From assembly GCA_040954595.2 (NCBI GenBank), contig CM082576.2:8993129-9057128 (forward strand): a stretch of DNA of 64,000 bases. Direction: 5' to 3'. Numbering within the stretch: the first letter of the stretch is position 1; each line of letters starts with the position of its first letter. Below the pieces are notes generated by a model. The model did not search any database. It was not told where the DNA came from and was given only the letters and a program-made list of their open reading frames with translations. Of the stretch, positions 36,881 to 52,236 are shown piece by piece. The DNA comes from Balanoglossus misakiensis. Taxonomy: Eukaryota; Animalia; Hemichordata. Both the position numbers and the translations under genes were made by a program.

Positions 36881-39800
36881 AGCGTCCATATTTAGTATAA
36901 TATTGTCAAAATTCGATTGATCTCGAACTCGACACGGTAAAATTCGTCGTTTCATTTGCAGATCTGCAGATCATGCACAAAACTGTTGATTAATACGCGA
37001 ACACTTTCATCGATTGAGCACGGTGGTGTGATTTATGAAGACTGTCATTCCCGTTTCGCTTTCTGTCATTTAATTCCCCAGCGTGTTCAATTACCATAGT
37101 TTAGGTGTGCACACAAATCAAACTATAGGCAATGAATCTTAGAGAACATTTACGATTCGCGGTTGTTGGAGTAATTTCTAAGTGGGCGAGTATGTGTTTT
37201 TCTCAAAACAAAAACAACGAAAATATTCAATATCTTAGGACAGTTGCACTGTTACATTTATGTCTAATCCGATACATTCTGATGTTCTCAATGTATATAT
37301 ATAAAAAAAGAATCGTTAAGACTTCGAACGTGTATTTTAAGTGTTTTATTCAATTCGTTTAAAAATAGGGTAATATCTCTGAGGGGAAAAAAAAACTGTA
37401 CAACATTTGACGAATAACCTCACAGTTCCAATTCGTAAATAACATGACGTGACTAAAATATGAAGCACTTGTAATGATATCTCGGAAAATGTGAATGACT
37501 TCCATCTTAATTGAAAACCATAATTAAATGTGATATATTCTGACTGGAACAGTTCAGTGGCCAAGTGCAAGAGTGTCTGCTCGCAATCCAGACAGTGTTA
37601 TTTGCAAGTTATAAACGCGATTGCATTTCCCGCAAAACATGCATATGCTATTTCAAGATTAAAATATGCTATAATACAGCTAACGCCCGAAAGTTGGTGT
37701 GTTTCAGGTGACGGGGTATTGTGCTTTCTGCGCCTGTATGCCGGTGGTATAAAAACAAAAACTTATGTGCGTGACATGTGCTTCAGCATTTAATTACATT
37801 TCATTAAATATACAAATTTAATCAGACATTTATTGACCAGAGACTGCAATGTGTTTCTTTATACAGTGTAATCTAATGGTGCAGCAACAGTGCAATAACT
37901 CTGTGGATCTATTGAGCTCGTTGCAAAAATTCGTTAAATATGCAAATTAGATGTTGATTTACATGGAGCTGCCAAATGTCTTGGTAGCAAGCAGCCAAAA
38001 CACAACTCTGAAGCCGAAGTCATCTGTTACAGCACAAAAGAAAAACACTTAAGGAAAGAAGGCAACGACGTCATTTGTTCTGAAAAAAAACACTGTGCAG
38101 CAGATAGAAGAACTCTTGGGTTTGTGCCCGCAACAATTATAAATATTTAATCCATTCATCAAAATAATCACTGTATAGGCCATAAAAAATACCCCCAAGG
38201 ACCATATTCAGTTGTTAAGATTGCGCATCAAATTGTATTCCCTTGCATGCAAGATCGAACAATATGCTGTATTACACATATATCTCGCGACGATTCATCT
38301 TCAGGAAATATAGGAACGTGGGCGTCAATACAAACACTTTTCCATTCAAATTGGAATCTGATGTTGATATCCCCATTTATAATTATTAATGTTAATTTTG
38401 CCTGTCATTGCTTTGTGTAAGGCCCATCCATATGTGACCTCGAGTGTGCTCAAACAGTTGACCTGGATACCATAGATTCGAATTTTATTTGTTTTATTGA
38501 AAAAGTGTAAGTCACTGACAGTCAATCAGTGCGAACACGTCAAAGATAAGAAAAGCATAGAATCAGAAAAAAGAGGGGGGGGTATGATGCTTGCACGCGC
38601 TTATTCGCGTGATTATAGAAATGTGACGCTTGCGTACTTTAACGCGCCAGCTTTCATGTGATCACGAGAAAATAATGACTTTTACAGAGAGACAGAATGG
38701 GAAGAAAATGAGAACGGCGAATCAAATAGTCTTAAAATATGGCGCTTCGTGTTCAATACGTTTTTTTGTCAAAAGTGGAGAAACGTTTGCTTTTTTCAGG
38801 AATTCGTCGCGTGAGTATAGATAATATATTGAGCAGAATTCAAGACGGTCGTTGTGATCGAAATAAATCGGCACGGATCAGGCGCGTGAAATATCAACAG
38901 ATCGCACAGCACAAAGATTAGGCATCAATGCTGATAACATTGCCAAAGAATTTTGGTCATTTCGCCATTGCAATAATTCTACCGCTAATCGCAAGAACAT
39001 GCATTTGACTCTACCTCTGAAGTAGATCACATGCCTTGTCAACCCGCCCTTAAAATTCGTGACAACGCACTTACGTGACCAGCTTAAAGAGTCCTATAAA
39101 CGCGACACAGACACTCTCTCTGCAAAGAGCAGTGGCTATATTATATTTATGTATTTAAGTGTACGTTTTAAGTACAGACTGGATATCCATAGAAAATAGC
39201 TCTCTTTTATGCCAGGTCATAAAATGTAATATTTAGACGCAGCTCCATAGATTTTCTGTCATTGTCGGGTAATAAAATACATTTATTAGTATATCTCAGT
39301 TACATGTTTTGTTAAACATGTATGACAATCTTTGTTCCATAAATTAGACACCAGAGTGCACCACAATCGAATCGAACAAAATCTGCAAGACACACATTTT
39401 TTTTAAATGAGGGGCGATGGCTTTATTGGACTAGTTTCGTCAGAACGAGGCTTTAATTCTCTGACGACATTTCATCTTCCCGCAGAGGTCACACAAAACA
39501 TGAAGGAGACGAGAGAATTCCGTTCCCATGGAAACAATTATTGTAGTCGCTGCATTTCTGTTTCTAAATGGAGTTTTTTTAGTTGAAAACTATCGATAGA
39601 TTGGCTCTTGGTTTCGTAGGGTCAGTACACACGATTCTTTTATTTTACCGGTTTGTGTATTTATAGAGCGTTAAATTTGCATATGACGTAGTCGACATAC
39701 GTGTGCCTTCCGCCTTGAAGAGCAGTCTTGTCTGCATGTGCTAAAATGGGGTCGATCGTAGTACTATAGTGTTTCGTTTGTGAGCTGATCATTGTTTGTG

Positions 39801-42019
39801 TGGAGACTCGCGAGTGTTTTTCCTTCGGATTCTGGATGGCGTTGACTTTGAAAATAACGCGACTGACTTAGGCCTATAACAAGCTAAAAGCAGTAGATAG
39901 ACAATAGCTGAGATTTCGATATGGCAGTGTGATCGGCACTGATTGAAATCACTAAGAAAAATCGACATATATTAAATGTGCAGTATTTAAAGCCTAAGGC
40001 TACTTTTCGGTGTGAAGATACAAGTATCGGTGTGCGCCAATGATGGAGATGGACTGAGTGTAAAACGTTTATTGGGATTGTAAATGACTGTTCACGCCTT
40101 CTCTATATAACATAGGTGATCTGAATCATTGTGATGGTGACGTCATGATTTCGGGTCCTCTACGTCATGTTGAATATAAAATGACCCCTTTTTTGAAATT
40201 ACAACTGCAAATATTACGCAAGGCAAAATACCATCGTGTTCGACAGTGATCCGAACACAGATGTATAGATGCAGCCAAAGCGTATAATATAATGTCGACG
40301 GGGGTTATATTTATCGTTTTCCGATGTATGGGAATGGAATATGATAAAATACAATGATACACCTCGAAACTATTATTATGAAAAATATACAATTTTACCG
40401 AGGAATTGTCAGTAAATGGGAGTAGTGAATCGTGTAAAATCTGAGTGGGTGCATGAATTTTTATGCCGCCCCAAAATCGCCGACAGATAATGACCTTTTA
40501 ATAGCCGCCTGCTACTGTCAAAACACTTTGTGGTGATAATATAGTGTTGATATTTCAGTGAAGTTCCATCGATGATTTATGTGACGTTAGATTAAGCCGC
40601 TTCTTTCTAGTTCTGACACGAACTCCCCCGTCAGTACATCGGTACACAATTTTACGACGGGGGTTTCAAAAGGATGTATATCAACTGCCCCAGGGCAACG
40701 TTCTGCATTTACTGAATACAGTAACGTGTCATCCTTCCGTAAAATGGTCAGCAACGTTTTACGGCCCGAGATCAAAGATTGTTTGTGTTAACGCCGTGTG
40801 TGTCATGTGCCCAGTCGAAACTATCGGCGTTTTGCCCGTTTTCCACTCTACCCTCTCAGAATCACGTGACGTCTGATCCGATGGTGGGCAGGACACGCTG
40901 TAAAATGGCGCCGCATGCTGTAAAATATGAACAGAAAGGGAAAATTGAGCTCACTGTATTATTAAATTGTCATTAGCTTAAACAGCTAACGAGATTTGAT
41001 TAGCTATGATGAAACGGACACGCTTGAGTAAGGTCACGCTGTCCGTTACAGAAATATATTACACGAAAACTTTCAAGAAACATACATGGGCGTACTGTAT
41101 GCCGCAATGAATTTAACGAATTAACATCTTGATTGAGCTTGTTTCATTTCTGAAGTCGCGTGTACAGCTTGGCTTTCTCTACTGACGCACCGTCGATAAG
41201 CGATTTGCCGTCTGTAAGTTATTGCACACATGTCTACTGCTACTGCGATTTCAGTCATTACATACAGACGATATTCGATGAAATAATGATACAATAAGGA
41301 AATGGCGTCATTGAATTGCGTATGGATCCCCACAAGCGCATCGCCATGGCAACGGTGCCCATGTGTCCAACATTCATTGCAACGTTTTCCAGTGAACAGA
41401 AATCATGCCAACTCATCCTATATGTCAAAATATGGCGTCCCGGACCCTGTACAATTGATTTTCTGTACGCATTCACGCTGGGTATCATAGAAAAATTGTT
41501 TTTGGATAGAATCATATACAACAGTATGCGCGCAATACGAAAACGTTAAACTTGCCAATTCCCACATGATTTACATTGAGAATGGCTATAAAACCCACTT
41601 CAGCTATTGTCAGTTTCACGCAATCTTCCATATACATGTAGCTCAGTCAAAAGATATATAAAATTCAATGATCGAATAAAATCGCCTGGACACCTGGCCT
41701 AATTTTTGAGATAAATTTCCTTTAATATTTTGCCCATAGAAAAACCATTGATGCCAAAATGCCGACTCTGCATAAATTTACGGTCTTACATTTTTCATAT
41801 TTAACAATGTAACCCTAAACACTGTATAATATTACAGATTTTGTAATTACAAAGAAGAATAAAAAAATCCGTAGTCGTATCAAAAGAAATAACAATACTT
41901 TCAACTTTAGCGAACGTCATCCTTAACAACCACCTGTTGGAATATAGCCATTTCACAGATATTTCATTACATAATTTAAAAACAACAACAACAACAACAA
42001 CAACAACTTACGAAAACTG

Positions 42020-43306
42020 TCACAAGCTTGTCGTCTGAGTTGTGTTCGTGTTGACAGATGCAGTGTCTTCGAGTTGATAATTTTGCCTACAGAACATTAT
42101 GGCAGGGGCTTTCCTGGCCCACGCGGTAGGGTCGAGACGAGGCGAGGTTCCATTCAAATTGGCCGTGCTGGTCTGTCCCTGGTGGCTGCCCGTCGAGATG
42201 GTCGTGATCTTGCGCTTGATGGCCGGGCTCACCACCGACACGCCCCCGTTGCCGATGGCACCCGCGTGGTAGCCGCTCTCGCGGTTGCGCCGTATCAGCG
42301 CCGACACGTGCGGGTTGCGGATGGCGTAGATGACGGGGTTCATGGCCGAGTTCGACCAGGCCAGGTAGATGGCGATAGTGTCCATGCTGGACGAGAACTC
42401 GGAGTTGCCGGCCGACACCACGATCGCCATGATGCAGTAGGGTCCCCAGCAGCACAGGAACAGAAATATCATTATTAGCACCGTGGTGGCTGTCCTCATC
42501 TCTCCGTAGAACCTAAGCATGCTTGCCTGGGCTGTGGCGGGGCGTATTCGCGTATCACTCAGCCGAAGCGTCTTCCATATATTATAGTAACAGTAGCACA
42601 TTATTGTAAATGGAACCAGGTAACAAATGACGATCACAAATATACTGTATCCCTCCGGTAAATACGACGTTGTCGAGTGAAATATGTACATGCAGTGTAA
42701 AAACCCGTCTTTGTAGTACCTGGGCAACGGGTCGACTATGTACCAGGGGAACGAAAAGACGAAGGCGTGTATCCAGGTGTACACCAGCATTTGTATCGCT
42801 CGAGTCCTGGTCACCTTCTCCCTGGGTAGTTTGACTATGGCGTAGAAGCGGTCGATGGAAATGAGCGTCAGCGTCAGCGTTGACGCAATTCCGAAGAGGC
42901 TGTTGAGGAACCCGTTGAGGATGCACAGGTCGTTGCTAAGGATCCAGCTGTTGGCGAACAGCGTGACGAAGGTGAACGGGATGCAGAACACCGTCTGCAG
43001 CAGGTCGGAGGCGGACAGGGACGCGATGAAGGCGTTGGTCACCGTCCGCAGTTGGTAGTGCCGCAGGATGATGATGATGACGGTGGTGTTGCCGATGAGC
43101 GAGAGCAGGAATATCACGCCCAGTATCACGGCGCGAATGAGAGCGGCGGCGGTCACAATGAACACGTCGTCATCGCCAGCCGTCGCCGCCGCCGCCGCCG
43201 CCGTCGTCGTATCCGTACTCGCCAGCATTGTCGTCAGGTTCGACGGTTCTAAAAAGCTAACGGTGGCATCGTCACGGAAAGTGCTCAGCGAAGGTGATAG
43301 CGTCAT
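42020..43306 (-). CDS. GPR135: Orphan class A GPCR, GPR135 orthologue-like, single coding exon
   Basis: 428 aa, 7TM. IFLLSLIGN..V....RHYQLRTVTNAFI.SLS.SDLL, FGIASTLTLTLISIDRFYAIVKLPREK, RFYGEMRTATTVLIMIFLFLCCWGPYC and NPVIYAIRNP closely match motifs I recall from vertebrate GPR135. Upstream acceptor at 43525 implies a non-coding 5' exon. Confidence 0.9.
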   Translation of the reverse strand: MTLSPSLSTFRDDATVSFLEPSNLTTMLASTDTTTAAAAAATAGDDDVFIVTAAALIRAVILGVIFLLSLIGNTTVIIIILRHYQLRTVTNAFIASLSASDLLQTVFCIPFTFVTLFANSWILSNDLCILNGFLNSLFGIASTLTLTLISIDRFYAIVKLPREKVTRTRAIQMLVYTWIHAFVFSFPWYIVDPLPRYYKDGFLHCMYIFHSTTSYLPEGYSIFVIVICYLVPFTIMCYCYYNIWKTLRLSDTRIRPATAQASMLRFYGEMRTATTVLIMIFLFLCCWGPYCIMAIVVSAGNSEFSSSMDTIAIYLAWSNSAMNPVIYAIRNPHVSALIRRNRESGYHAGAIGNGGVSVVSPAIKRKITTISTGSHQGQTSTANLNGTSPRLDPTAWARKAPAIMFCRQNYQLEDTASVNTNTTQTTSL

Positions 43307-44569
43307 TTATACCTGTGTAGTGTGTGAGCCGCGGAGTGTATGACGCACGTAAGGCCCAGTAATTAGTCCAAAAGAGCACAACTCGTGAGTTCACTGCTGT
43401 GACTCTTTCTTGCAATCAAGTGATAGTAACCGGTAACTCAGCCGGAGATGGTGCGGGCGAGTCTCGGTGTATCTCGTCAGGTGCGATATATTTTCATTTC
43501 CGCGTTTCGGAAGAGGATTGGAGCCTGAGAAGGGAAACACATAAAAACAGATAATGAAAATGTATCGTCGGGGATAATAAACGATGTCACAACTAGCAAG
43601 AGGGCTTCATGCATCATTTCGTAATCTATCATCAACACCAATTACCGCACTGGCACTTGACAGAAATTATTATTTTCTCATATAAACCGCGGGAGATTTA
43701 TTGAATTTTGCTCTTTAAAGGTCAAGGGTAACTATTAAGTAGAGCAGAGTGTGCAAAATGCAAGTATTTGCACAGTTTGACAACAAAAAGACGGTTGAAT
43801 TGCACACTCTAATCGTTCGTAAGACCATAGATCAACGGGAGTTACTTTCTCCCTTGGTGGTTTAGACAACATGCTTGCAGATTGCAGGCAGGTTGCTATC
43901 GCGATGATAGACGTCACTTGGCTTTTTGGGCTCTTCACAAATTAAAAAAAAAGTGTGGGCAAAGGTAGGACTTCACTTTTATCAGTAGCACCGCTCCCCA
44001 AATATGAAAACGGACATTTGTAAGATATTGCAGTCTTCACAGTATATACAAAATACACAAATAGTAACCACTGCCAAGATCAACTATATCCTCGCTCTGA
44101 AAATAACAGGTGGTAAAATGTCGACGCTTTTCTAATAATTTGTGAAAATGAGGGCAGAATGAACTTCCATTCAAACTGGCTTGGTTGCAGACCACTGAGA
44201 TACGTATTATTAAACGCTCCAGAATGGCTCTTCCAATTTCTCTACAATCTCTCCGTATGCAAACGATTACTACTCTTGACGTTGCAATATGACGCATTTG
44301 CCATTTCGCTCGTGTTACCCAGTATTTTCATTTTCATGGGGGGGGGGGAGGGGACTACACATCCTCGGACACGATTCGCGTGTCTGCTAGTGCATGACCT
44401 ATTAACGCCAAAGATGCCGTCTATCATTTATTAAAATTTCAAGAACACGTCTTTGCCGATTATTAAGCACTTGACGAGGCATTAAGCTACACATTTCTCT
44501 CTTATATGGAGACTTCACGTCCACTAATCCGCGCTGACGAAGTCTACGTCTGGTTGGTTCGCTCCGAGC

Positions 44570-44935
44570 TGACGTCACTCGAAATCCACTTTGCTCCCTG
44601 ATCCTTAAGCTTCCCTATTTGAACAATTTTGCTTTCTGCTTCTTTCCCCTTGCGTTGCCACGACAACGTAGGTGTACGCCAACACGCTGACCGTCTTTGC
44701 TCTGTCACGGTTTCCTGTAATTTTCAATCATCCTCTCAACTGCGGCTTTCTATGATATGACGACCGTGTATGCAAATACTCTCAGTGTCACGCATTGGAA
44801 CAAGACACAAGATGTCTGCTAAGCAATTGCAAATTAAAGCATTCATGTTCATCGGACGCACTCTCATAACAAAAATCCATAAAGTGAAGGGAAATATCTC
44901 GCGCTTGCGGCCGACGAAACTGTTGCTATAGCAAC
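44570..44935. promoter_or_regulatory. Candidate regulatory module upstream of the GPR135 CDS (CRE plus two X-boxes)
   Basis: TGACGTCA at 44570-44577, GTTGCCACGACAAC at 44654-44667 and palindromic GTTGCTATAGCAAC at 44922-44935. Confidence 0.45.
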
Positions 44936-45085
44936 AATTTCATATAATCTCAAGCCTTGTATTATTTATTAACATGTAGGTCTTCACCTCGTGCAGTAAT
45001 CTAATATGAAGATGTTATGATGATGGACGGGTATTGCAAACACCGTTCGGACCAGCCCATTAATGAAATATCAGCTTAATCAGTC

Positions 45086-45410
45086 TTAAGGTCGTACTCG
45101 CCTCGAATCAGACTTAAATTAAACTTTTCCTCCTCTTCTGCTCAAGGGAACTTTGTATTATTCTCTCTTAAAATTGGCAATAATAATTGAAGGTCACCGT
45201 GAACATTTTTTCAATGATAATCAAAATTGTCCCAAATTGAAATTAAAAATGGCCGCTAAGCTCTGTGTTAACTCTGTGGTGAAATTTCCCATTTAATGAT
45301 TTTCTTTAAAGATGTTGTACGCCCTGCTTTCTTTGTTTACAAAAATAACTCCTCGCACGCTTTAGCAAATAATTGAAATGTTTGAGGGACTATCGTTTTC
45401 TTCCCCAAGA
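45086..45410. mobile_element. Possible degenerate TTAA-flanked non-autonomous element
   Basis: Starts cttaagg..tactcgcctcgaa and contains aaaatggccgc. The overall texture resembles invertebrate MITEs. Right end not resolved. Confidence 0.25.
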
Positions 45411-46579
45411 GGTTGGTTAATTGCGAAAAGGGTTATAATCTATCGAGGATTGAGAGTCACTGCGGCATTCGAGGTTTCCCCTGTAGGGTTAAATACAGTT
45501 ATTATATGTGGTCCTACAGATGACCATGCTGCTACGAAGGACAACAATTCACACTGCACCATGGGATACCTTATCACGGTGTGTTTCCGAGGTGGATGCT
45601 GTACAGTTACATTACAACACCCACCATCGGAAAATGCAGTTATGATAATAAAACCATCTATACGCAATATCAGATTTGTCCGCCGGTAGCAAGCCGAGTA
45701 ATGCAAGTCAAGCTCTGTACGAAACTAGAATAGTTGCAGAGTTCAACGAACATTTAACTTTTTGTGCCGTTTAACATGATGGGTCATGTGATGTTTGTCC
45801 TGTGTCACACGATATCTCGCAGTTCCCGAGGAGTTCGGGAAATGGTCTATTGTTGGACTGTCTGCATTCATTTGCAGTAATTCGAAAATCATGGAGACAA
45901 GATGGCATATGCCGTACACAAGACTATCTCTGATCCCACTGTGCATGCTGTGGGCGTCGGGCCGGGTGAATGAGTAGGCCCCTATCTATTTTGCCAGAGT
46001 ACAAGCGTGGGCAAAGCGTAAGGACAGGGGGCGCAGACAATCAGTGAGCATATAAAGTAGTTTAATCCGACCGTGGCGTATTAGTGGTTCATCTGATCAT
46101 GTTCGAACCCCCAACAGCATTCACCCAATTTGCTCCTACACTCGTTAAATTACACATTTAGGCCCAAGCCGTGTCCGGCGCCTCCACAAGTCATCCCAGA
46201 GTGACCGATCAAAACCTTTAGCAATGTTTCTATCGTGTGGAGATTACGAATGACAGGAATTTCCCTGCACATATCTTCTGATGGAAACAGAAAGGTTGTA
46301 ATTGTCTCACTATTTTGAGTTGGAGATCTATTCACTATTTTTCATACCATATTTATGACTAAAATATGCCTTTGTCATTATTAAATGCAACCCGTCCAAC
46401 TGATTAACCTTAATCTTTTTTCTGTTAAGAAATTTCAGTGTGGCCCAAATCTGTGCACTTCAATTCGTTCATATTGTATAAATCGGATTTTAGAAATTCG
46501 GGTCGACTACCTGAGAGTTGTATTACTCTGTTCTGTGTACAAGGCTATGCACTTTCAATCCCATTGGGTAGAGGACGGG

Positions 46580-46649
46580 GACAGAGACACAGACAGACAG
46601 ACGGACGGACAGACAGACAGACAGACACAGACAGACAGACAGACAGACT
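46580..46649. repeat. (GACA)n microsatellite
   Basis: Seen directly. Confidence 0.95.
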
Positions 46650-47727
46650 ATTACATTGAGAAACCACGTCAACACACAAAGACTAGCGGATATTTTTTTA
46701 TTCCGGTCTGAGAATCTCCCCGTAGCAGAGATCATATCTGAAATCAGTTCAATATCTGATAATGGGAGTGTCCAGCGTGAAATTTAATTTGGAAATGGAT
46801 GAGAGTGTCACTGGAAAACTAATATCCAAACTGAATGCGATGTTATGCCTTCCGGCATAGTAGTAGGCATGCACATGATTTTAATGAACGAATATCAGGA
46901 GTATATATTGATGTTTACGACCGCCACGGTTCTTTGAAATGCGTGAATTTTGAGCAAGAATATTTGAAGAGCGGATGAAAACAGGAACAGAGAATGACCA
47001 AACGTGCTCATCAAATGTCAAGGCGCCGATGCCAAACAACGATGATGCTATGGAAACGTACCAAAACAACAGTTTAATTTTTACCGTCACCCATTCAAGA
47101 GTCTTTTTTAATGAAATAGATAACTAGCTAGGCAAATAAGCCTCGGTTTGGGTACGCTGCCTTGGCCATGAAAAACATCATTTCAAACTCCAATGTCATA
47201 ACGACGTCATGACTGTCTCGCTGGCACTGAGAAAGTGATTTACCGAACAGTGTTTTGTTAAAAGGTACCGCTATAAAAAATTAAAAAGAGATTCCCTGAA
47301 TGGTGAACACTTTAAAATCATGCCAACAATATTGATTAGAAAACCAAGCGATATCAAAATTGCCAATACTTGAAACCCAATCTTTGCGAAAGTGTTTGCC
47401 GAGGAAGGTTCAATTTATGTTATTATGTTGTCTTCAAGCATGCAGGCAACTTCCGCGCAGTTTCGGCGCCATGATTTGAGTGCACCCCAGTATGGTATCA
47501 ACCATTAAAATTTACAATACATATAATAACAAACTGATATACACAGCTGTTGGTAGACACCCGGGGATAGATACAAGAGAACCTTAATAATTTGGAAGGT
47601 GAACGATGATAAGATGGTCTATTGAGAATTAAATCTTCAAGGTGTAAGCCGTTCTTGCAGCAAATCGACTTCTCAACAGAAAACACAACGGCTATACAGT
47701 TACAGTAAACTGACCGGGATAGACCTC

Positions 47728-47885
<158 letters not shown>

Positions 47886-50800
47886 TTATATTGAAGTCAC
47901 TGTTGACTGTAGAGGTTCGTCGGTTTGGCACTTCAAAAAAAATGCGACCAAAGGCCGTGCTTAGCTGCAGTATGTGAGATAGTTCAATATTATCGTCTGC
48001 CATATTATAAGAATTTCTGGAATTTCGATCAATAGCGAGACTTTAAGCTGTGTGGCGTGATAGCGGGTGTCGTATTCACTCCCGACTTAATGTACATGTC
48101 CGACGGCCACGCAGAACTCCCATTTCTGGAATAAACTCATCAGAAATAATACACCGTATCAATTTACACTGCCACAAAACTGTCAAGGCAACAGCGACTC
48201 TCGAGAAAATTGAGACGAATTGGGACGACCGCGGCGAAGGTGTGAGTTCCCTTTCACCGGAAATAGAATGAAACCCATCCTCTCTTCATGAAAGAAAACA
48301 CTATATCCACATTTTGTATTGAATCATAATACATCGCCAAGTAACATCAGTATTGATTTCAAATGCAATTTTGGAATGGATACTTGGGAGAACTCACCAT
48401 CAAGGTCTATTGCGGTCACCTATAGGCTAAATCGAAGACATTATAACCGTATGCGATGTGGTGTATCAAGCAGACCCAGAATAATCATTGTTAATCCTAC
48501 CTTGGTCGTGTCAGTTCCGCCGAACGAACCCTGCAGATCTGCAAAACCCCATTTTAGATCAATGTGAGGGACTCTGCTGGGGACCACGAGATATTGTATT
48601 CTAGTGCGCATGCACATACATTGGCATTTCTCAGCAATGCGAATCTCCAGCGTTTTACAGCAATTTTAATCCCAATTTTTCGCGCTCAATACAACAAATA
48701 CGTTTTCAAATTACGGATGTGTTCCATCTGGAATACGGTGGACTAATTACAGTAACAATTGGATTATAAGATATCCAGTAATATCGTATAAACAAACTGT
48801 ATTCTATCACAGTGCATTGACATTTTGCAAATTGCTTGTTTTACCGTAAAAATGTTAGATTTCAATCAAGTAGAACGGCGAGATGTAAAACATTTTCTGG
48901 CTATAATTGAGATCTTGTTTGTTATCACAAAGTACTTCCAATTGTGTTGGTTATACACTTGAAAGACAGCTAACAGGTGGGAATAGGTATACGTAAATCG
49001 GAAAAACGTGACAGAGTCACGAACGGAGGAAATCTTAAGTAATATCTCTTGATTGTTTTTACCTTTCAATATAAGATGCTTGTTTTTGTCATGCACGCTG
49101 CTTTGTCCCCTATATCGATTGATGATCGTATACTTTGTAAGCCTCAGCGCAAATTTGACATCAACATGACAACAGTGTTTGAACCTATTCGAGCGGTTGG
49201 AAGCATTGCGCGAAAACTCGATAATAAGGTTTGCCGGGTCAATATATTCATGCTAGACATGTTTGGGATATAATGCTCTCCGCCAAATTTATGATTGCAA
49301 TTTAGCTCACTATGAACAACCTATTAATTATCGGGAGATGGGACCTGATGCAATTCGTGCTAAGACGTTGTCCCACTTGTATTTTGGACTTAGTCTGCCA
49401 CGGCTGTTGTTTTTTTTATATAGAATGCAATCATCGGCTCAGAAATGTATATAAGAACGTTTTTTCTATCTCTAATAGAGATTATTTGTGTAACGCGTCA
49501 CTTGCTACGTTTGACGGACAGACAGAGAGTCAATCTAGTCAGTCAAAAATTGAGACGGAGATACATTAAAGAGCTGGAGAAAAATAAATAAAGAAATGAT
49601 GATGTGCAACACGGAGACCGATAACATTTATGTTTTGATATGCACGGTACCATATTCACTTTTCCAGCAAGTTATCTCTTTGTCGTAACTATAATTGAAA
49701 TCAGTGCGCGCGTGGGTGGGCGTGGGGGTGAATACTTTCCAAGAAAAAATGTCGGTTGGAACAGGCATTGTGAATAACTAGGCCAGTTGTGTAAATGAGG
49801 ATATTTGGAGGAGATATTTGCACGCGCACCAATTTGTTCCGTTGTCTTGGCAGCCTTGATTTTAATTGAAAATGATTGCGACAATTTTCTCTTGTCAGAG
49901 AAGTCATCAATCTCCGCCTCGTAACCACGGTGACTGAATGATATAAATATAAATCACAAATCGGCGCGCGTCAAAAGGTTCATTTGTTCTCCAAATTAAA
50001 TCTCGCAGCCCTGAAGGACGAAGACGTCGCTTTAAATATCAAGTCAATTTGAAGAGCCGCCTCGCCAGGTGGACTTGGCAGATGAATTGTCAAGTTTATC
50101 TCAAATTATCATCGCTGCTTCAGGTAGGCGATTTGCCAACGAGGTGTTAAAACTGATATTTGAGTTTTATGACCGAAATGCACGTTAACATGGTTATATG
50201 ATTTGATGAAATGGATTTTGTATCCAAAGGCATTACATGCACACGACCTTTTGGTGACTAAATCATTGCCGAACAAATAAACGTTAACTGCTAAGTATTT
50301 AATTCTCACCTGGACAGGATTGCACAGCCCCGTGTGGTGCATTATGGGTATGTTTTTTTTGCCTGGATTTAGTGATATTTCACAAAAGTGTCGATCATGA
50401 AAATAAATCACCTTTGGAAATAAGCGTGCCACATGCAATGAGTATGATACAATTTGGTCCCAGTAATCTCGTCGATTTTTTCTCTATAATTTGCGATAGT
50501 CTGATTAGTATATAACCACATGCAAAAAAAAATATCAGCAATTTTCACTCGTTTTCCTTATGCTGGCGATGTTGTCATCACAAACCACATGATTTCGGTA
50601 ATATTACCGTTGGTTTGCTAAATTATTTAACCTGCCAATCGGGACATCATATTTGAACAGGAGTCGGCGAAAGACCCCAAACAATGGGTAATAAGCGACT
50701 CCATTAACAGTGAATTAGAATGAGCTTGTATACGTATAGCCGCCATGATGTTCCAATCCCGTCGAGGGGACAGACGAGACTCTAATTGGCACAACGCTCG

Positions 50801-52236
50801 ACTGGGCCGAGTGGCTCCAATATAATTCACTCCGTTTGTGGGCATTGCGTTTACGTGTCGCCATGGTTTTGCAATTTTTAAACTCATCCTGCGACGTGAC
50901 GATGGTCGTCACATAAAATACAGATAAGATGCGACTGCGTTTACCATGTCACTTTCACCGATGCATGTGACTTTCATCCTATAATTGCTTTCTAAATTAT
51001 GTGCATTGCCTCAGCCGTGACATTTGTTGGTTGACGTTGGAATATGGCTGATGAATGCGGCATTCAGGTTAATATTCTGTCTCGCCGACACTCCGAGTTC
51101 TCCCAAGCTGGTAATATCATTATCGTTATTATTTCATGGAGAGAGAATAAAAGGAGAAATTACGGATAATTGGCCCTTTGTGGAAAGAAATTGTTATGTA
51201 AAACACTTCTGATGACGATCAGGGAAAACCATACTGTAATATGCTGCGTTAGCGTTTTAGGTCGGTGGAGATGTGTTTGAAATCATTGATTTCTTCATTG
51301 GACGGACTTTCTACCTTCGCTGTACATCTTATTCCTTTATCAATGTAACATAAATCGAAAACACGGGTTTCTGTGTCGTTTTCAAGGGGATTAAATGCAT
51401 ATATGGCAACATTTCGCATGAACTCAATATCGTATTTAAATTTCTGCCTCAACTCGACTTCCACCGGTTGGGAAACGACGCGATGTATGGGTCTCGTTTA
51501 GAACCCACAGATTTAGGTATTAATCGCTTTGCAATAGCCCCATACCCATCAGACACATGCCAGACGTACAGCCTTCTTCGTCGCTTTTTTTTATATCAAC
51601 TCTAAACTAAACATTAACATCTTTCCGCCATGTCCAACAGTCCGATAACGGCGTCTTTCTTGAGAAAGATGTTTACGTTGAGGCGGTGTTTAATGTAGTC
51701 TGCCTTGTGCCCATGCGTTATCACGTGAGGGAACGAGATAGATGGAGAGAGAATCGGAGAGAGAGAAATGCACTCGGCTATATACTCACTCATTGTCGCC
51801 GTCCAATCCCTCTGAATATACAACGGTCACTTGTTCAGCTTGTCGGTGTTTTCTGTCACGGCAAACCCATTCCTCCAGTCATCTTGTCGTTTTTGGTGAT
51901 GTTTCCCTCTCTCTTAACAAAATCTAGGTAGATTCAGAAAGGCCATCAACGCGTTGTATGCGAAGCGCGGATATAGGTTGTTTTTTAGGATTAACCATAT
52001 CGTCGCGCGGGGGTTGTTGACTTCAGAATGGTGGGCTCCTCAGCTAGCTCAGTGCGCACGGTGTTGTGAAGGTCGTAACCATGGTAACCGCTCGAGTAAG
52101 TACAATTTGCCGATGTGCGAAGCGAAGCTAGCTAAAATGTCCGAGTAATGGCCTATACCTGCATTGTTTTCAGCGATACCAAACGCATGTGGGTCCATTT
52201 AGTGCGAACACACCGTTGTAATTATATTACAAATTA

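Noticed and set aside
42074-43343. Several overlapping ORFs on both strands of the GPCR
   Set aside because: Explained by the high GC3 of the GPR135 CDS.
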